In this document: positions 30,776 through 40,761 of the stretch, piece by piece
How the letters are laid out: each line of letters opens with the position of its first letter
How positions within the stretch are numbered: position 1 is the first letter of the stretch
Source: Geopsychrobacteraceae bacterium
GTDB taxonomy: Bacteria > Desulfobacterota > Desulfuromonadia > Desulfuromonadales > Geopsychrobacteraceae
Length of the DNA stretch: 64,000 nucleotides
Reading direction: 5' to 3'
Assembly: GCA_963676795.2 (NCBI GenBank)
Contig: CAXXTB010000002.1
Coordinates: forward strand, 1,888,001-1,952,000
Program-made: the position numbers and the translations under genes
The notes under the pieces: generated by a model
The model's database searches: none
What the model was told of the DNA's origin: nothing
What the model saw: only the letters and a program-made list of their open reading frames with translations

Positions 30776-31777
30776 TTAGCCCTGAGCCTGAACCGCAGTA
30801 ATAGCGGCAACGTTGATGATATCTTCAACGGAGCAGCCACGGGACAGGTCGTTGACTGGCTTGGCGAGACCCTGAATGATCGGACCAAGCGCCTCGGCAC
30901 CAGCGAAACGCTGAACCAGTTTGTAGCCGATGTTACCGGCATCCAGGTCAGGGAAAACCAGAACGTTGGCCTTACCGGCAACGGTAGAACCTGGAGCTTT
31001 TTTGTCAGCAACAGAAGGAACCAGAGCAGCATCAGCCTGAAGTTCACCGTCGATCGCCAGCTCAGGAGCCATTTCCTTGGCGATTTCGAGAGCCTTGACG
31101 ACCTTGTCGACATCAGCGTGGCTGGCACTGCCTTTGGTCGAGAAGTTCAGCATGGCGATGCGGGCATCTACACCGAGGAAGCTCTTGCAGCTGGTCGCAG
31201 TGGTTACGGCGATTTCAGCCAGGGCCTGCGCATCAGGGTTCGGGTTAACAGCACAGTCCGCGAAACAGAGGGTTCCGTTCTCACCGAATTCCGGAGTTTT
31301 GGTGATCATCAGGAACAGCGAGGAAACAGTCTTGATGCCAGGAGCGGTGCCGATAACCTGAAAGGCTGCGCGCAAAACGTCGCCAGTTGTGTTGTAAGCA
31401 CCGGCAACAGCGCCACCAGCATCACCGCGGCGAACCATCATGCAACCGAAGAACAGGTTGTCGTCAGCTGTCAGCATCGACTCGGCCTGCTCACGGGTCA
31501 GCCCTTTCTTCTTGCGCAGTTCGACCAGCTCATCGATGTAGGAGTCAAGCAGATCGGAAGATTTCGGCTCGATCAGGGTGACACCCTCAAGGGAAGCGCC
31601 AAGCTCAGCAGCTTTGGCCTTCAGGGTTTCCGGGTTGCCGAGCAGAACAACGTTCGCCAGCTTGTCCGCGACAATCTGGCCGGCGGCCTGGACCATACGA
31701 TCGTCATAACCTTCCGGCAGAACAACGGTCTGCACGTTGGCACGGGCACTGGATTTGATTTGATCAACAAGATGCAT
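30776..31777 (-). CDS. pta: Phosphate acetyltransferase (short, catalytic-domain-only type)
   Basis: [45 protein letters not shown]. Confidence 0.97.
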   Translation of the reverse strand: MHLVDQIKSSARANVQTVVLPEGYDDRMVQAAGQIVADKLANVVLLGNPETLKAKAAELGASLEGVTLIEPKSSDLLDSYIDELVELRKKKGLTREQAESMLTADDNLFFGCMMVRRGDAGGAVAGAYNTTGDVLRAAFQVIGTAPGIKTVSSLFLMITKTPEFGENGTLCFADCAVNPNPDAQALAEIAVTTATSCKSFLGVDARIAMLNFSTKGSASHADVDKVVKALEIAKEMAPELAIDGELQADAALVPSVADKKAPGSTVAGKANVLVFPDLDAGNIGYKLVQRFAGAEALGPIIQGLAKPVNDLSRGCSVEDIINVAAITAVQAQG

Positions 31778-31951
31778 TGTTTCCTCCTGTGAAACTATTT
31801 TTGGGTTCTCTAAATATGATCAAATATTAGAAGACAGATGAACGTTTATACCTAATGGGAAAAGCAAGGGTCAATGGTTTTATATTTTTATAACAAAGAG
31901 CTGCAATAACTTGCTGGCAAGTCTGATCGGCCCTGTCTATAATCGGTCTTT

Positions 31952-32923
31952 ATGAGCCACATCAACTTAATCACACCTTCCCGACCCGGCAGATCATCAC
32001 GCTGTTTTGCACTCAGTATCCTGTTCTCGGTCCTGCTGCACGTCGCTGTCGTCTTGCTGCTGCCCCTGGTTCCGGACAGACCGGTTGATTCCAACCGGCA
32101 GCCGACGATCGTCAAGCTGGTTGACCTCAAGGATCTGCCTGTTATCAGGCCTGACAACAGGCAGGACAAACCGGCTGAGTACGAAATCGACCAGACACCG
32201 CCGGCTGAGAAACCGCTGACTCCGGTTGAATCGCAACGCAAAGCGGCTTTCGACCAACAGGTTGAAAAGGAAACGACACTCAAAGGCGAAGATGTCCGCG
32301 ATCAGTCTAAAGCGGCTGTCCAACAGGAGAAGCTGCCGTCACCGACCGCCACACCCAAGGCGCGGCCGGAACAATCACCATCTCAGCAAAGAGTCGACAG
32401 ACCTGCGCCGCAAACACAGCCCGAACCACTGGCCAAAACTGCAGAACCGGGTGACAAGCCGATCCTGCCGGAACTGACGACGGAACAGTTGCTCCCCTCG
32501 CAGGAGACCCTCAGCCGGATCGTCCAGGGCTCAGGCAGTGAAACAGACCGGGTCAAGCAGCGCGACGATGTCGAGATTGGCGACACCGTCTGGCTCAACC
32601 TGCAGAACGATCTGCTCGTCTCTTTTTTCCGGCGTTTCCACACTCAGATTGAAATGGTCTGGAACTACCCGCCCGAAGCGCTGGAAAAAAACGAGCAAGG
32701 AACCCTGCTGCTGGAAATCATCGTCGACAAGAGGGGAGAACTGATCGATGTCCTGCCACGCAAGAGCAGCGGTTCGGACATCCTCGACTATGAAGCCATT
32801 CAGGCCGTCTACCGGGCCGCTCCGTTCGGCGAACTGACCAGCCACTATCCCCACGAGCAGCTGAAGATCATGGCCTATTTCAGCTACCGCCTCGGTGGGA
32901 AATATATCTACGGCAAACGCTGA
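31952..32923 (+). CDS. TonB family protein
   Basis: SVLLH TM motif, Pro-rich spacer, WNYPPEA, SSGSDILDYEAIQAV. Confidence 0.85.
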   Translation: MSHINLITPSRPGRSSRCFALSILFSVLLHVAVVLLLPLVPDRPVDSNRQPTIVKLVDLKDLPVIRPDNRQDKPAEYEIDQTPPAEKPLTPVESQRKAAFDQQVEKETTLKGEDVRDQSKAAVQQEKLPSPTATPKARPEQSPSQQRVDRPAPQTQPEPLAKTAEPGDKPILPELTTEQLLPSQETLSRIVQGSGSETDRVKQRDDVEIGDTVWLNLQNDLLVSFFRRFHTQIEMVWNYPPEALEKNEQGTLLLEIIVDKRGELIDVLPRKSSGSDILDYEAIQAVYRAAPFGELTSHYPHEQLKIMAYFSYRLGGKYIYGKR

Positions 32924-32969
32924 GCCAGGTAGACGACTCGCAGTGGAACGAAGCCAATATCCTGGCTTG

Positions 32970-33422
32970 CTATTTCGGCAGAACTGCTGTTTTTATCGCA
33001 TCCTCATCGATCGTCTCAATCTCGCCCAGGGCGCGTATCTGTTCATGGGCGTCACGGATAACCTCATCGAAGAGAGCGATAACATCAGGATCGAAACGCG
33101 AATTTTCCTCGGCAATCATCCTGAAATACTGCATCTGGTTCAGAAAGTTGTTCTGGGTGTGATGAACGGCAAACATCATAGCCTGATGAAGCTGGATTCT
33201 GTCTTTCTGCTTGCGAAGCCTCAGTCTGTAACGGATAAGATCAACAACGACAAAGGGCAAAAGCACGACAAGAACGAGCAGGAGTTCGTCCAGCTCGAAA
33301 GACTCCGATCGCTGTAGCAGGCCGATCAGTATCTCAAATAAATCGAGATCAAACGCCAGGTTCAGGATAAAAACCAGGACTGCCAGAAAGACCCCAACAA
33401 GGGTGAAGCGGAGGGAGTTCAT
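32970..33422 (-). CDS. Two-TM membrane protein with HisKA-like helical tail
   Basis: Two hydrophobic segments, then AVHHTQNNFLNQM; AAGGAG RBS before ATG 33422. Confidence 0.75.
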   Translation of the reverse strand: MNSLRFTLVGVFLAVLVFILNLAFDLDLFEILIGLLQRSESFELDELLLVLVVLLPFVVVDLIRYRLRLRKQKDRIQLHQAMMFAVHHTQNNFLNQMQYFRMIAEENSRFDPDVIALFDEVIRDAHEQIRALGEIETIDEDAIKTAVLPK

Positions 33423-33603
33423 TGCTGTCTCCTTCATGTGATCTCAAGTTGCCCGATCTGTAAAATCCGCCTTCGATAACCGAGACAGCCTGATCTCAGC
33501 TGCAGAGCCAGGGGAGCAGGCCATTGTCATTTGAAGCGGCAGCATAAGTAAAATTCCGAGCACAAAGACCCGTAACATCAGCTACAAGTATACCTGTTCG
33601 TCA

Positions 33604-34507
33604 CTACTCACGCCAATGGCGCGGGACACTGTTGTCCCGCGCGTGGCGATCGAGACGCTCGTAGAGCTTGCGCGACTCGACCAGCTGGGACTCAATGAAG
33701 TCCTAAACGTTCTGAAAACGGCTCGACAAACTTGAATATTTCGAACTGCCACTGCCGATATCGACGGACTGGGCTTCCCAATAGCTGATGTAGGCATTCA
33801 GTTCACGGAAATTCCGACTCCACCGGAGACGGTCATGCCCTCCCGGACGATCTGGAGAGTACTCGAGCTTTTTCGCAACAAGGCAGCGCCTGACAGAATC
33901 GATCGTCAGGGTGTAGCCGGAGAGGATATCCATACCGATCAGCCCACGGTAAGCCGGTGACTGATCGGTGATAATGTGGGCCGACACAACCTGCTCCCGG
34001 ATCGGGCCAACACTCAGCTCATCCAGAATCGCCCGTGCCGCGACCTGGTTGCCGCCGATCCCCCGCACCAGGACAAACAGGTTATTCCCCTCTTCACTGA
34101 GCAGGCCAAGCTCCCGGCCAGGCTCGCCGACAAAATCAGCCCCGGCGAACCGGTATCGACGAGAATCGGCGCGGCCACCCTGTTGTTGAAGGTGATCTCG
34201 ACGATAACCCGGTCAGCCAGCCCCTCACGATGGTTGTAAGGGATGATAATCTCCTGCTCGGACCCGTGTTCCGCAATCTTGTCTCGGACAGCTGCTGACG
34301 AGCCTGGGTTGCCCCTTTGACAAAATTGAGATTGTCGTATGAGCCTTGGGTATCCCGCACCCCGGGACGGTATTCGGTGGGGACTTGCTGAAGAGAGTCG
34401 GTAAAGTGAAGTTTTCCCTGGGCATCACGCCAGCGATAGATCTCAGCAAGTGCGTCTGTGCAGGCCAGAACCAGGACGACCAGCAGTAACCAACGGAAAC
34501 ACCTCAC
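33604..34507 (-). pseudogene. Disrupted DUF4124 plus retropepsin-like aspartyl protease gene
   Basis: IYRWRDAQGKLHFTD in frame 1; ILVDTGSPG after a frameshift near 34305-34315; GLIGMD after a second frameshift near 34113; in-frame TAG at 33703-33705, then the frame continues to VPRHWRE*. Confidence 0.8.
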
Positions 34508-34585
34508 GATCCCCTCCTTGCAATGACAGACGCCTGAAACTGCAACGCAACAACAGGCAACGGACAAGAGCTGAGCAAAAAGCGT

Positions 34586-34616
34586 AAAAAAAAAGTCCGA
34601 CACAGGTCGGACTTTT
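34586..34616 (-). terminator. Terminator of the gcv operon
   Basis: AAAAGTCCGAC / GTCGGACTTTT stem with 9-T tract on the minus strand. Confidence 0.8.
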
Positions 34617-34629
34617 CGAAAAACAGGAT

Positions 34630-36096
34630 CTATTGAGCGTCAGCTTCACGCCAGCGCAACTTGGGCTTGCGCGCCGCTGCGGCTTCATCCAGGCGTTTGA
34701 CCTTGGCCCTCACCGGTGCCTGATGCAACTTATCCGGATCGCTCTTCGCCTCGTCAGCGATCGCCAGCAGGGCATCACAGAAGTCATCCAGGGCCTGTTT
34801 GCTTTCGGTTTCCGTCGGTTCGATCATCAGGGCACCGCGTACAACCAGCGGGAAGTAGATTGTCGGCGGATGATAACCATAGTCGATCAGGCGCTTGGCA
34901 ACATCAAGGGTATGGCAATCGTTCTCCAGGGCCGCTTCGGAGAAGACAACCTCATGCAGGGAGCGATGCTTATGCGGCAGGTCGTAAACCCCTTCCAGCC
35001 GCGAACGGATATAGTTGGCGTTCAAAACTGCCAGCTCAGTCGCTCTCTTCAGCCCCTCTCCGCCCATAGCCAGGATGTAGGCATAGGCACGGACCAGAAC
35101 CCCGAAATGCCCGTAGAAGGATTTAACCCGGCCGATCGACTGAGGACGGTCGTAGTCCAGCAGGTAAGTTTCGCCATCTTTGACAACAACAGGTTTCGGC
35201 AGGAACGGAATCAGCTTTTCAGCGACCCCGACCGGTCCTGCTCCCGGCCCGCCTCCACCGTGAGGCGTCGAAAAGGTTTTATGGAGGTTGAAATGCATAA
35301 CGTCAATGCCCCAGTCGCCCGGGCGGCTCATCCCCATCAGGGCGTTGAAGTTGGCGCCGTCGCAATAGACCAGACCACCTTTTGCGTGAACCAGGTCGCA
35401 GATCTCCCTGATCTCAGGTTCGAAGAGGCCCAGAGTATTGGGATTGGTGATCATCAGCCCGGCGACCGTCTCATCCATCACCTCGGCAACGGCTTCCTTG
35501 CTCAGGAAGCTGTTGGTCTTGACGGTTATCACATCAAAACCGCACAGCGCCGCAGAGGCCGGATTGGTCCCGTGTGCGGTATCGGGGATGATAACCTTGG
35601 TGCGCTTCTGCCCTTTGGATTCATGATAGGCGCGGATCATCAACATCCCGGCAAATTCACCCTGCGCTCCGGCCGCCGGCTGGAGAGTAACCGCGGGAAA
35701 ACCGCTGACCTCAGCCAGATCCTGCTGCAGGTTATACATCAGCTCGAGAGCGCCCTGATTGAGTGCTTCAGGAGTCTGAGGATGTATCTCGGCAAAACCG
35801 GGCAGACGTGCGGCCGCTTCATTGACCTTGGGATTGTACTTCATGGTGCAGCTGCCCAGCGGATAGAAGCCGGTGTCTACGCCATAGTTCCAGGTCGACA
35901 ACCTGGTGTAATGACGAACGACATCCACCTCAGACAGTTCAGGGAAGCCGGCAATCTCTTCGCGCAGCAGTTCGGCTGCTGGCTTCATCTCCGGGACATC
36001 GAGAGCGGCAATACTGTAGCCGACCCGCCCTTCTTGAGATTGTTCAAACAGCAGCTTTTCATCCAGGATCAACCCCTGCCCTTGTGTATCGATCAT
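34630..36096 (-). CDS. gcvPB: Glycine dehydrogenase (decarboxylating) subunit 2
   Basis: YPLGSCTMKYNP, AHGTNPASA, NLHKTFSTPHGGGGPG, IEPTETE. Confidence 0.98.
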   Translation of the reverse strand: MIDTQGQGLILDEKLLFEQSQEGRVGYSIAALDVPEMKPAAELLREEIAGFPELSEVDVVRHYTRLSTWNYGVDTGFYPLGSCTMKYNPKVNEAAARLPGFAEIHPQTPEALNQGALELMYNLQQDLAEVSGFPAVTLQPAAGAQGEFAGMLMIRAYHESKGQKRTKVIIPDTAHGTNPASAALCGFDVITVKTNSFLSKEAVAEVMDETVAGLMITNPNTLGLFEPEIREICDLVHAKGGLVYCDGANFNALMGMSRPGDWGIDVMHFNLHKTFSTPHGGGGPGAGPVGVAEKLIPFLPKPVVVKDGETYLLDYDRPQSIGRVKSFYGHFGVLVRAYAYILAMGGEGLKRATELAVLNANYIRSRLEGVYDLPHKHRSLHEVVFSEAALENDCHTLDVAKRLIDYGYHPPTIYFPLVVRGALMIEPTETESKQALDDFCDALLAIADEAKSDPDKLHQAPVRAKVKRLDEAAAARKPKLRWREADAQ

Positions 36097-37442
36097 GCTG
36101 CACCTCCGGCAAGAGCTTCGACCAAACGGTCGATCTGCTCGCGACTGTTCTGCTCAGTCACACAGATGAGCAGCCCGTTTGCAAATTCTGAATAATCCCG
36201 GCCAATGGCGATACCCGGAAGGATCCCCTGCTCCTGCAGACGCACCTTCAGTTCAGCGACAGGACCGGGACAAAGAACGACAAACTCGTTGAAGCTCTCA
36301 GCAACGAATGCCAGCTGATAACCCTCCAAGGCCGCAATTTTGTTCTTTGCATAGCTCGCCTTAGCATAATTGACCTCGGCAAGCTTGCGCAGCCCTTGCT
36401 TGCCGTGCAGAGCCAGGTAGATACCGACCATCAGGGTGCACATCCCCTGGTTGGAACAGATATTGGAGGTCGCTTTCTCGCGGCGGATATGCTGTTCACG
36501 AGTTGCCAGGGTCAACACAAAGCCACGCTTGCCATCCAGATCGGTCGTCTCACCGACCAGGCGGCCGGGAAGACTGCGCATGTCCTTGTCCTTGACCGCA
36601 AAGAAGCCAATCCCCGGCCCGCCGAAGGACATCGGGATACCGAAGCTCTGCCCTTCACCGACAACGATATCGGCACCCAGTTCGCCCGGCGATTTGTAAA
36701 GCGCCAGAGCCAGGGGTTCCGGAACCGCAGCAACCAGGCGGGCACCCGCGTCATGCGCCTTCTCGGCAATAGCTGCCAAATCCTCGATATTCCCCAGGTA
36801 ATTCGGATAACCGACAATCACGGCAGCACTGTTTTCATCGAGCAGCGCTTCAAGGGCAACCAGATCAGTAACACCCTCCGCCAGCGGTGCTTCGACCAGC
36901 TCAACGTTCAGATACTGGCAGTAGGTCCGGACTGTTTCGCGATACTGCGGAGGCAAGGCCCGGGAGAGAATAACCTTATGACGTTTCTTTCCGGCCCGAA
37001 CGGCAAGCAGAGCGGCTTCTGCACAGGCAGAAGCCCCGTCATACATCGATGCGTTAGCCACATCCATACCGGTCAGCTGACAGATCATCGTCTGAAATTC
37101 AAAGATCGCCTGCAGGGTCCCCTGACTGATTTCCGGCTGATACGGCGTATAGGCCGTATAAAACTCACTGCGGCTGACCAGATGATCGACAACCGTCGGG
37201 ATGAAGTGATTATAGGAACCACCCCCCAGAAAAGAGTCCCACTCGGAAACACCGGAATTGGCCGCAGCCAGGCGGCGCAGTTCTGCAAGCACCTCTGATT
37301 CTGATTTCTCCGCTGCGATATTCAGCGGACGGTTCAGACGACTGCTTTGCGGAATTCCGGAAAACAGTTCCTCAGTGCTGGCAACGCCAATATTGTCCAG
37401 CATCTGACGCATCTCAGCATCAGTATGAGGTAGATAACGCAT
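36093..37442 (-). CDS. gcvPA: Glycine dehydrogenase (decarboxylating) subunit 1
   Basis: MRYLPHT, YTAYTPYQPEISQG, NASMYDG, TREQHIRREKATSNICSNQ. Confidence 0.98.
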   Translation of the reverse strand: MRYLPHTDAEMRQMLDNIGVASTEELFSGIPQSSRLNRPLNIAAEKSESEVLAELRRLAAANSGVSEWDSFLGGGSYNHFIPTVVDHLVSRSEFYTAYTPYQPEISQGTLQAIFEFQTMICQLTGMDVANASMYDGASACAEAALLAVRAGKKRHKVILSRALPPQYRETVRTYCQYLNVELVEAPLAEGVTDLVALEALLDENSAAVIVGYPNYLGNIEDLAAIAEKAHDAGARLVAAVPEPLALALYKSPGELGADIVVGEGQSFGIPMSFGGPGIGFFAVKDKDMRSLPGRLVGETTDLDGKRGFVLTLATREQHIRREKATSNICSNQGMCTLMVGIYLALHGKQGLRKLAEVNYAKASYAKNKIAALEGYQLAFVAESFNEFVVLCPGPVAELKVRLQEQGILPGIAIGRDYSEFANGLLICVTEQNSREQIDRLVEALAGGAA

Positions 37443-37534
37443 ATTCACCCCTTCACAAACAGTGTCAAGAACAGAAACCCAAGACACTGAAGTTACGTAT
37501 TAATCCCAACGCTCACGGAGAAAGCGTCAGGCTG

Positions 37535-37660
37535 GACAGCTCAGGCAAAAACGCCAAATGCAGGGCACGTTACTTCAGCTCGACAAAGCGCACCGCGCTC
37601 TACCGAAGCAGTAAGACAGGGTCAGCAACGCAGCAGATGGAGAGTTTTTGCAACGCTATC
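37535..37660. mobile_element. Degenerate MITE-like element with imperfect terminal inverted repeats
   Basis: Left GACAGC-TCAG-GCAAAAAC-G-CCAAATGC versus right (reverse complement) GATAGC-GTT-GCAAAAAC-TCT-CCATCTGC; non-coding; abuts the gcvH stop codon. Confidence 0.5.
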
Positions 37661-38042
37661 AATCCTGCTCGATAAACTCCTGGTATGCAGCAGCATCCAT
37701 CAGGTCATCAAGCTCATCTGGGTCGGACAGTTTGATCTTGACCATCCAGCCATCCTCATAAGGGGAGCTGTTCAGCATCTCTGGCTCATCAGGCAGGTCT
37801 TCATTGACTTCAACAACTTCGCCACTGACCGGAGAATAGACATCGGAAACGGCTTTGACCGATTCAACGACCCCAAAATTCTTACCCATCTCAACGGTAT
37901 CGCCAACTTCCGGAAGTTCAACGAACACGACGTCGCCAAGCTGATCCTGGGCGAAATCGGTAATCCCGACAGTTACGATATCATCTTCGATCAAGACCCA
38001 CTCATGCTCCTCGGTATACTTGAGCTCTTCAGGAAAATCCAT
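37659..38042 (-). CDS. gcvH: Glycine cleavage system H protein
   Basis: [35 protein letters not shown] lipoyl-Lys. Confidence 0.98.
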   Translation of the reverse strand: MDFPEELKYTEEHEWVLIEDDIVTVGITDFAQDQLGDVVFVELPEVGDTVEMGKNFGVVESVKAVSDVYSPVSGEVVEVNEDLPDEPEMLNSSPYEDGWMVKIKLSDPDELDDLMDAAAYQEFIEQD

Positions 38043-38101
38043 ACTCTCCTCCTCACACGTCTGCTAAAACCCACACAGGGGATGATTGTTTAATTCTGTA
38101 A

Positions 38102-39190
38102 CTAAGCGACAAAAGGCAATGCTGTACGTACTGCCGGAATTTGCCGATTCCTGATGCCAATTTCAAGTGTTTTTTCAGATTCGGCGCAATCAAAATCAAT
38201 TAAAGCGAGCGCGATCCCCTTTTTCAGACTCGGCGACATGGTGCCACTGGTGACATAGCCGACTTCCTGCCCCTCACAATAGACCGGGTAACCTTCACGG
38301 GGAACCCCGGCAGCGTCGAGAGTCAGACCGATCAGCTGACGCTTAAGACCTTCCGCTTTTGCTGCTTCCAGCGCTGCACGACCAACGAAATCGCCCTTTT
38401 TGAATTTGGTGATCCAGCCGAGCCTGGCTTCAATCGGCATAATATCCTGAGTGATCTCATGGCCATACAGGGCATAAGCCTTTTCCAGGCGCAGGGTATC
38501 TCGGGCGCCGAGACCGATCGGCTGCAGCCCGTATTCTGCACCAGCCGCCATAACCGCCTGCCACAGAGCCGGCCCGTCAGCTGCAGGGCAGTAGAGCTCA
38601 AAACCGTCTTCCCCGGTATAGCCGGTGCGCGAGATCAGGGTTACAACACCTGCAACCGACCCTTCACAGAAGTGATAATACTTGAGGGCCGGCAGGTCGG
38701 CAGCGGTCAGGCTGGCCAGGATCGCCTCGGAACGAGGTCCCTGCAGGGCCAGCTGGGCGTATTCCGGACTGCGATCAACAATTGTCAGATCGGAGTAGGA
38801 AGACGCTTCCTTCAGACCGACAATCCAGGCGTAATCCTTTTCAATATTCGCCGCATTGACGCACAGCAGATAGCGCTCAGCCGAATACCGATAAAGAGTC
38901 AGGTCATCAACCACGCCACCTTCCGGGTAGCAGAGAGCCGTATACTGAACCTGTCCGTCAACGAGCAAAGAGGCATCGTTGGTTGTCGCATATTGTAAAA
39001 ATGCCAGGGCATCGTGGCCTGCCACTTCGATTTCGCCCATGTGCGAGACATCGAAAAGCCCGGCAGCCTGTCTGACCGCCAGATGTTCCGCAATAACACC
39101 GGCATACTGAACCGGCATATCCCAGCCGCCGAACTCAACCATACGCGCACCCAGCTGACGATGCAGACTGTTCAGTGGAGTTTTTTTCAT
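38102..39190 (-). CDS. gcvT: Glycine cleavage aminomethyltransferase T
   Basis: FGGWDMPVQY, LFDVSHMGE, SRTGYTGEDGFE, GLGARDTLRLE. Confidence 0.98.
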   Translation of the reverse strand: MKKTPLNSLHRQLGARMVEFGGWDMPVQYAGVIAEHLAVRQAAGLFDVSHMGEIEVAGHDALAFLQYATTNDASLLVDGQVQYTALCYPEGGVVDDLTLYRYSAERYLLCVNAANIEKDYAWIVGLKEASSYSDLTIVDRSPEYAQLALQGPRSEAILASLTAADLPALKYYHFCEGSVAGVVTLISRTGYTGEDGFELYCPAADGPALWQAVMAAGAEYGLQPIGLGARDTLRLEKAYALYGHEITQDIMPIEARLGWITKFKKGDFVGRAALEAAKAEGLKRQLIGLTLDAAGVPREGYPVYCEGQEVGYVTSGTMSPSLKKGIALALIDFDCAESEKTLEIGIRNRQIPAVRTALPFVA

Positions 39191-39224
39191 CGATTGCCCT
39201 CCTTGAGCAAAATCCCGACTTCCA

Positions 39225-40079
39225 TCAGGACAAAATAGCAGGGATCAGTTCTTCCTGGCCGAGCGTCATCAGATGAACGCCCTGACACAGATCCCTGGCC
39301 CATGAAACTGCTTCACGGGCGATCTCAATACCTTCAGCCAGCGGATCCTCTGCCAGCTCCATGCGCCTGGCAAGCTCTTCAGGAACCTGAACCCCGGGAA
39401 TCCTACTGTTGAGAAATTTCACCATCCGGGAGTTTTTCAACAGCAGGACACCCAGAATGACCGGAACCCCGGTTGAACGAACCGCCCCCATATATTGAAC
39501 CAGATCATCACGGCAAAACACAGCCTGAGTCTGAAAAAACTGCGTACCACAGGCAATTTTTTTCTGCACTTTGGCAAGAACGAGATGACGCGGCTGAGCT
39601 GACGGCACCGTTGCAGCCCCGACAAAGAAGTGAGGAGCTGATGAAAGTCTGTTTCCGGCGAGGTCATAGCCGCGTTGTAACAGGTCAGCGGTCTGGATCA
39701 ACTGCACTGAATCGAGGTCAAAAACCGGCTTGGCGTCAACATGATCACCGATTTGAGGGTGATCTCCGGTCAGCAGCAGCAGATTCTCGATCCCGAGTGC
39801 CGCAGCCGCGAGCAGATCCGACTGCAATGCCATACGGCTGCGATCGCGGCAGGTCATCTGCAGCACAGGCTCAAGCCCGCTTTCAACCAGCAGGTGAGCA
39901 ACGGCGAGCGGAGCCATCCGCATGCAGGCTCCCTGATTATCTGTCACATTGAGCGCATCGATGCCGGACAGCGTTTTAGCCAGCATCAACAGACGGGTCA
40001 GATCACACCCTTTCGGCGGCGCGATCTCCGTGGTAACGACAAACTCACCACGGGCCAGCTTTTCTGAGAGAATGCTCAT
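39225..40079 (-). CDS. metF: Methylenetetrahydrofolate reductase catalytic subunit
   Basis: EIAPPKG, NVTDN, QMTCRDR, LTGD, FDLDS, FFQTQAVF. Confidence 0.93.
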   Translation of the reverse strand: MSILSEKLARGEFVVTTEIAPPKGCDLTRLLMLAKTLSGIDALNVTDNQGACMRMAPLAVAHLLVESGLEPVLQMTCRDRSRMALQSDLLAAAALGIENLLLLTGDHPQIGDHVDAKPVFDLDSVQLIQTADLLQRGYDLAGNRLSSAPHFFVGAATVPSAQPRHLVLAKVQKKIACGTQFFQTQAVFCRDDLVQYMGAVRSTGVPVILGVLLLKNSRMVKFLNSRIPGVQVPEELARRMELAEDPLAEGIEIAREAVSWARDLCQGVHLMTLGQEELIPAILS

Positions 40080-40744
40080 CAGTCTTTATCCCGCTGCGGT
40101 TTACGCGCAATATGAAGCTGGCCAGGCTTGAATTTGCGGCTCCAGTTCTTCGGGGCAACAACCTGACTGAGCACCTCGCTGCCGCTTCTGTCCAGCCTTT
40201 CCGCGATTCTGACCCAGGCACAGGAACGACTGCTGTTGACTTCGCAACGGCCATCTTCCATGCCACCACAGGGGCCGTTCAATAACCCCTTGGCACAGGT
40301 TGTAACCGGGCAAATACCGCCAGTCTGGTTGAGAATACAGTCTCCACAGATCGAGCACTTTTCTTCAAACTGGCCAAAACGTCTGACATTGCCGACGAAA
40401 AGCGGATCAACTGCGGTAAAGACCGGCTTGTCGGTTGAATCACTGAGCGACTGGGCGCCGGCACCACAGGCCATAACCAGGAAAGCATCAGCCTGCTCGA
40501 CCTGGGCTTTATGAACCCGTAGTTCACGCGCCGCAAGCATGATATGACAGGCTTCATCGAGAATGAAGCTGCCCACGACCTGATGACCGATCCCTTCCAG
40601 CCACTCCCTCATCGCCTGCACTTCTTCCTCGCCGCCAACCTTGCAGACCGTCGCACAGGAACCGCAGCCGACCAAGAAAACTGCAGGATAGGAAGCCAGC
40701 AGCTGCCGTAGCTGCTGACGATCTTTCGCTGAACTGACAATCAC
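40079..40744 (-). CDS. metV: MTHFR-associated Cys-rich Fe-S/Zn subunit (MetV-like)
   Basis: GCGSCATVC, CSICGDC, ICPVTTCAKGLLNGPCGG, CEV...CAW; abuts metF. Confidence 0.88.
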   Translation of the reverse strand: MIVSSAKDRQQLRQLLASYPAVFLVGCGSCATVCKVGGEEEVQAMREWLEGIGHQVVGSFILDEACHIMLAARELRVHKAQVEQADAFLVMACGAGAQSLSDSTDKPVFTAVDPLFVGNVRRFGQFEEKCSICGDCILNQTGGICPVTTCAKGLLNGPCGGMEDGRCEVNSSRSCAWVRIAERLDRSGSEVLSQVVAPKNWSRKFKPGQLHIARKPQRDKD

Positions 40745-40761
40745 GAATCTAAAAGTACTTT

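Noticed and set aside
33703..33705. In-frame TAG as possible pyrrolysine or programmed read-through
   Set aside because: The same gene has two frameshifts and no pyl genes are visible; gene decay is simpler.
34633..36195. 520-aa plus-strand ORF, and similar long antisense ORFs such as 24141-25451, 50796-51659, 61045-62043
   Set aside because: They mirror well-supported genes on the opposite strand and have no recognisable motifs; these are shadow ORFs expected from codon bias.
37515..37615. Glycine-riboswitch-like words (GGAGA, CTCAGGCAAAA, ACCGAAGCAGTAA) between gcvH and gcvPA
   Set aside because: They are on the plus strand while gcv is transcribed on the minus strand, and the order and pairings do not build an aptamer.
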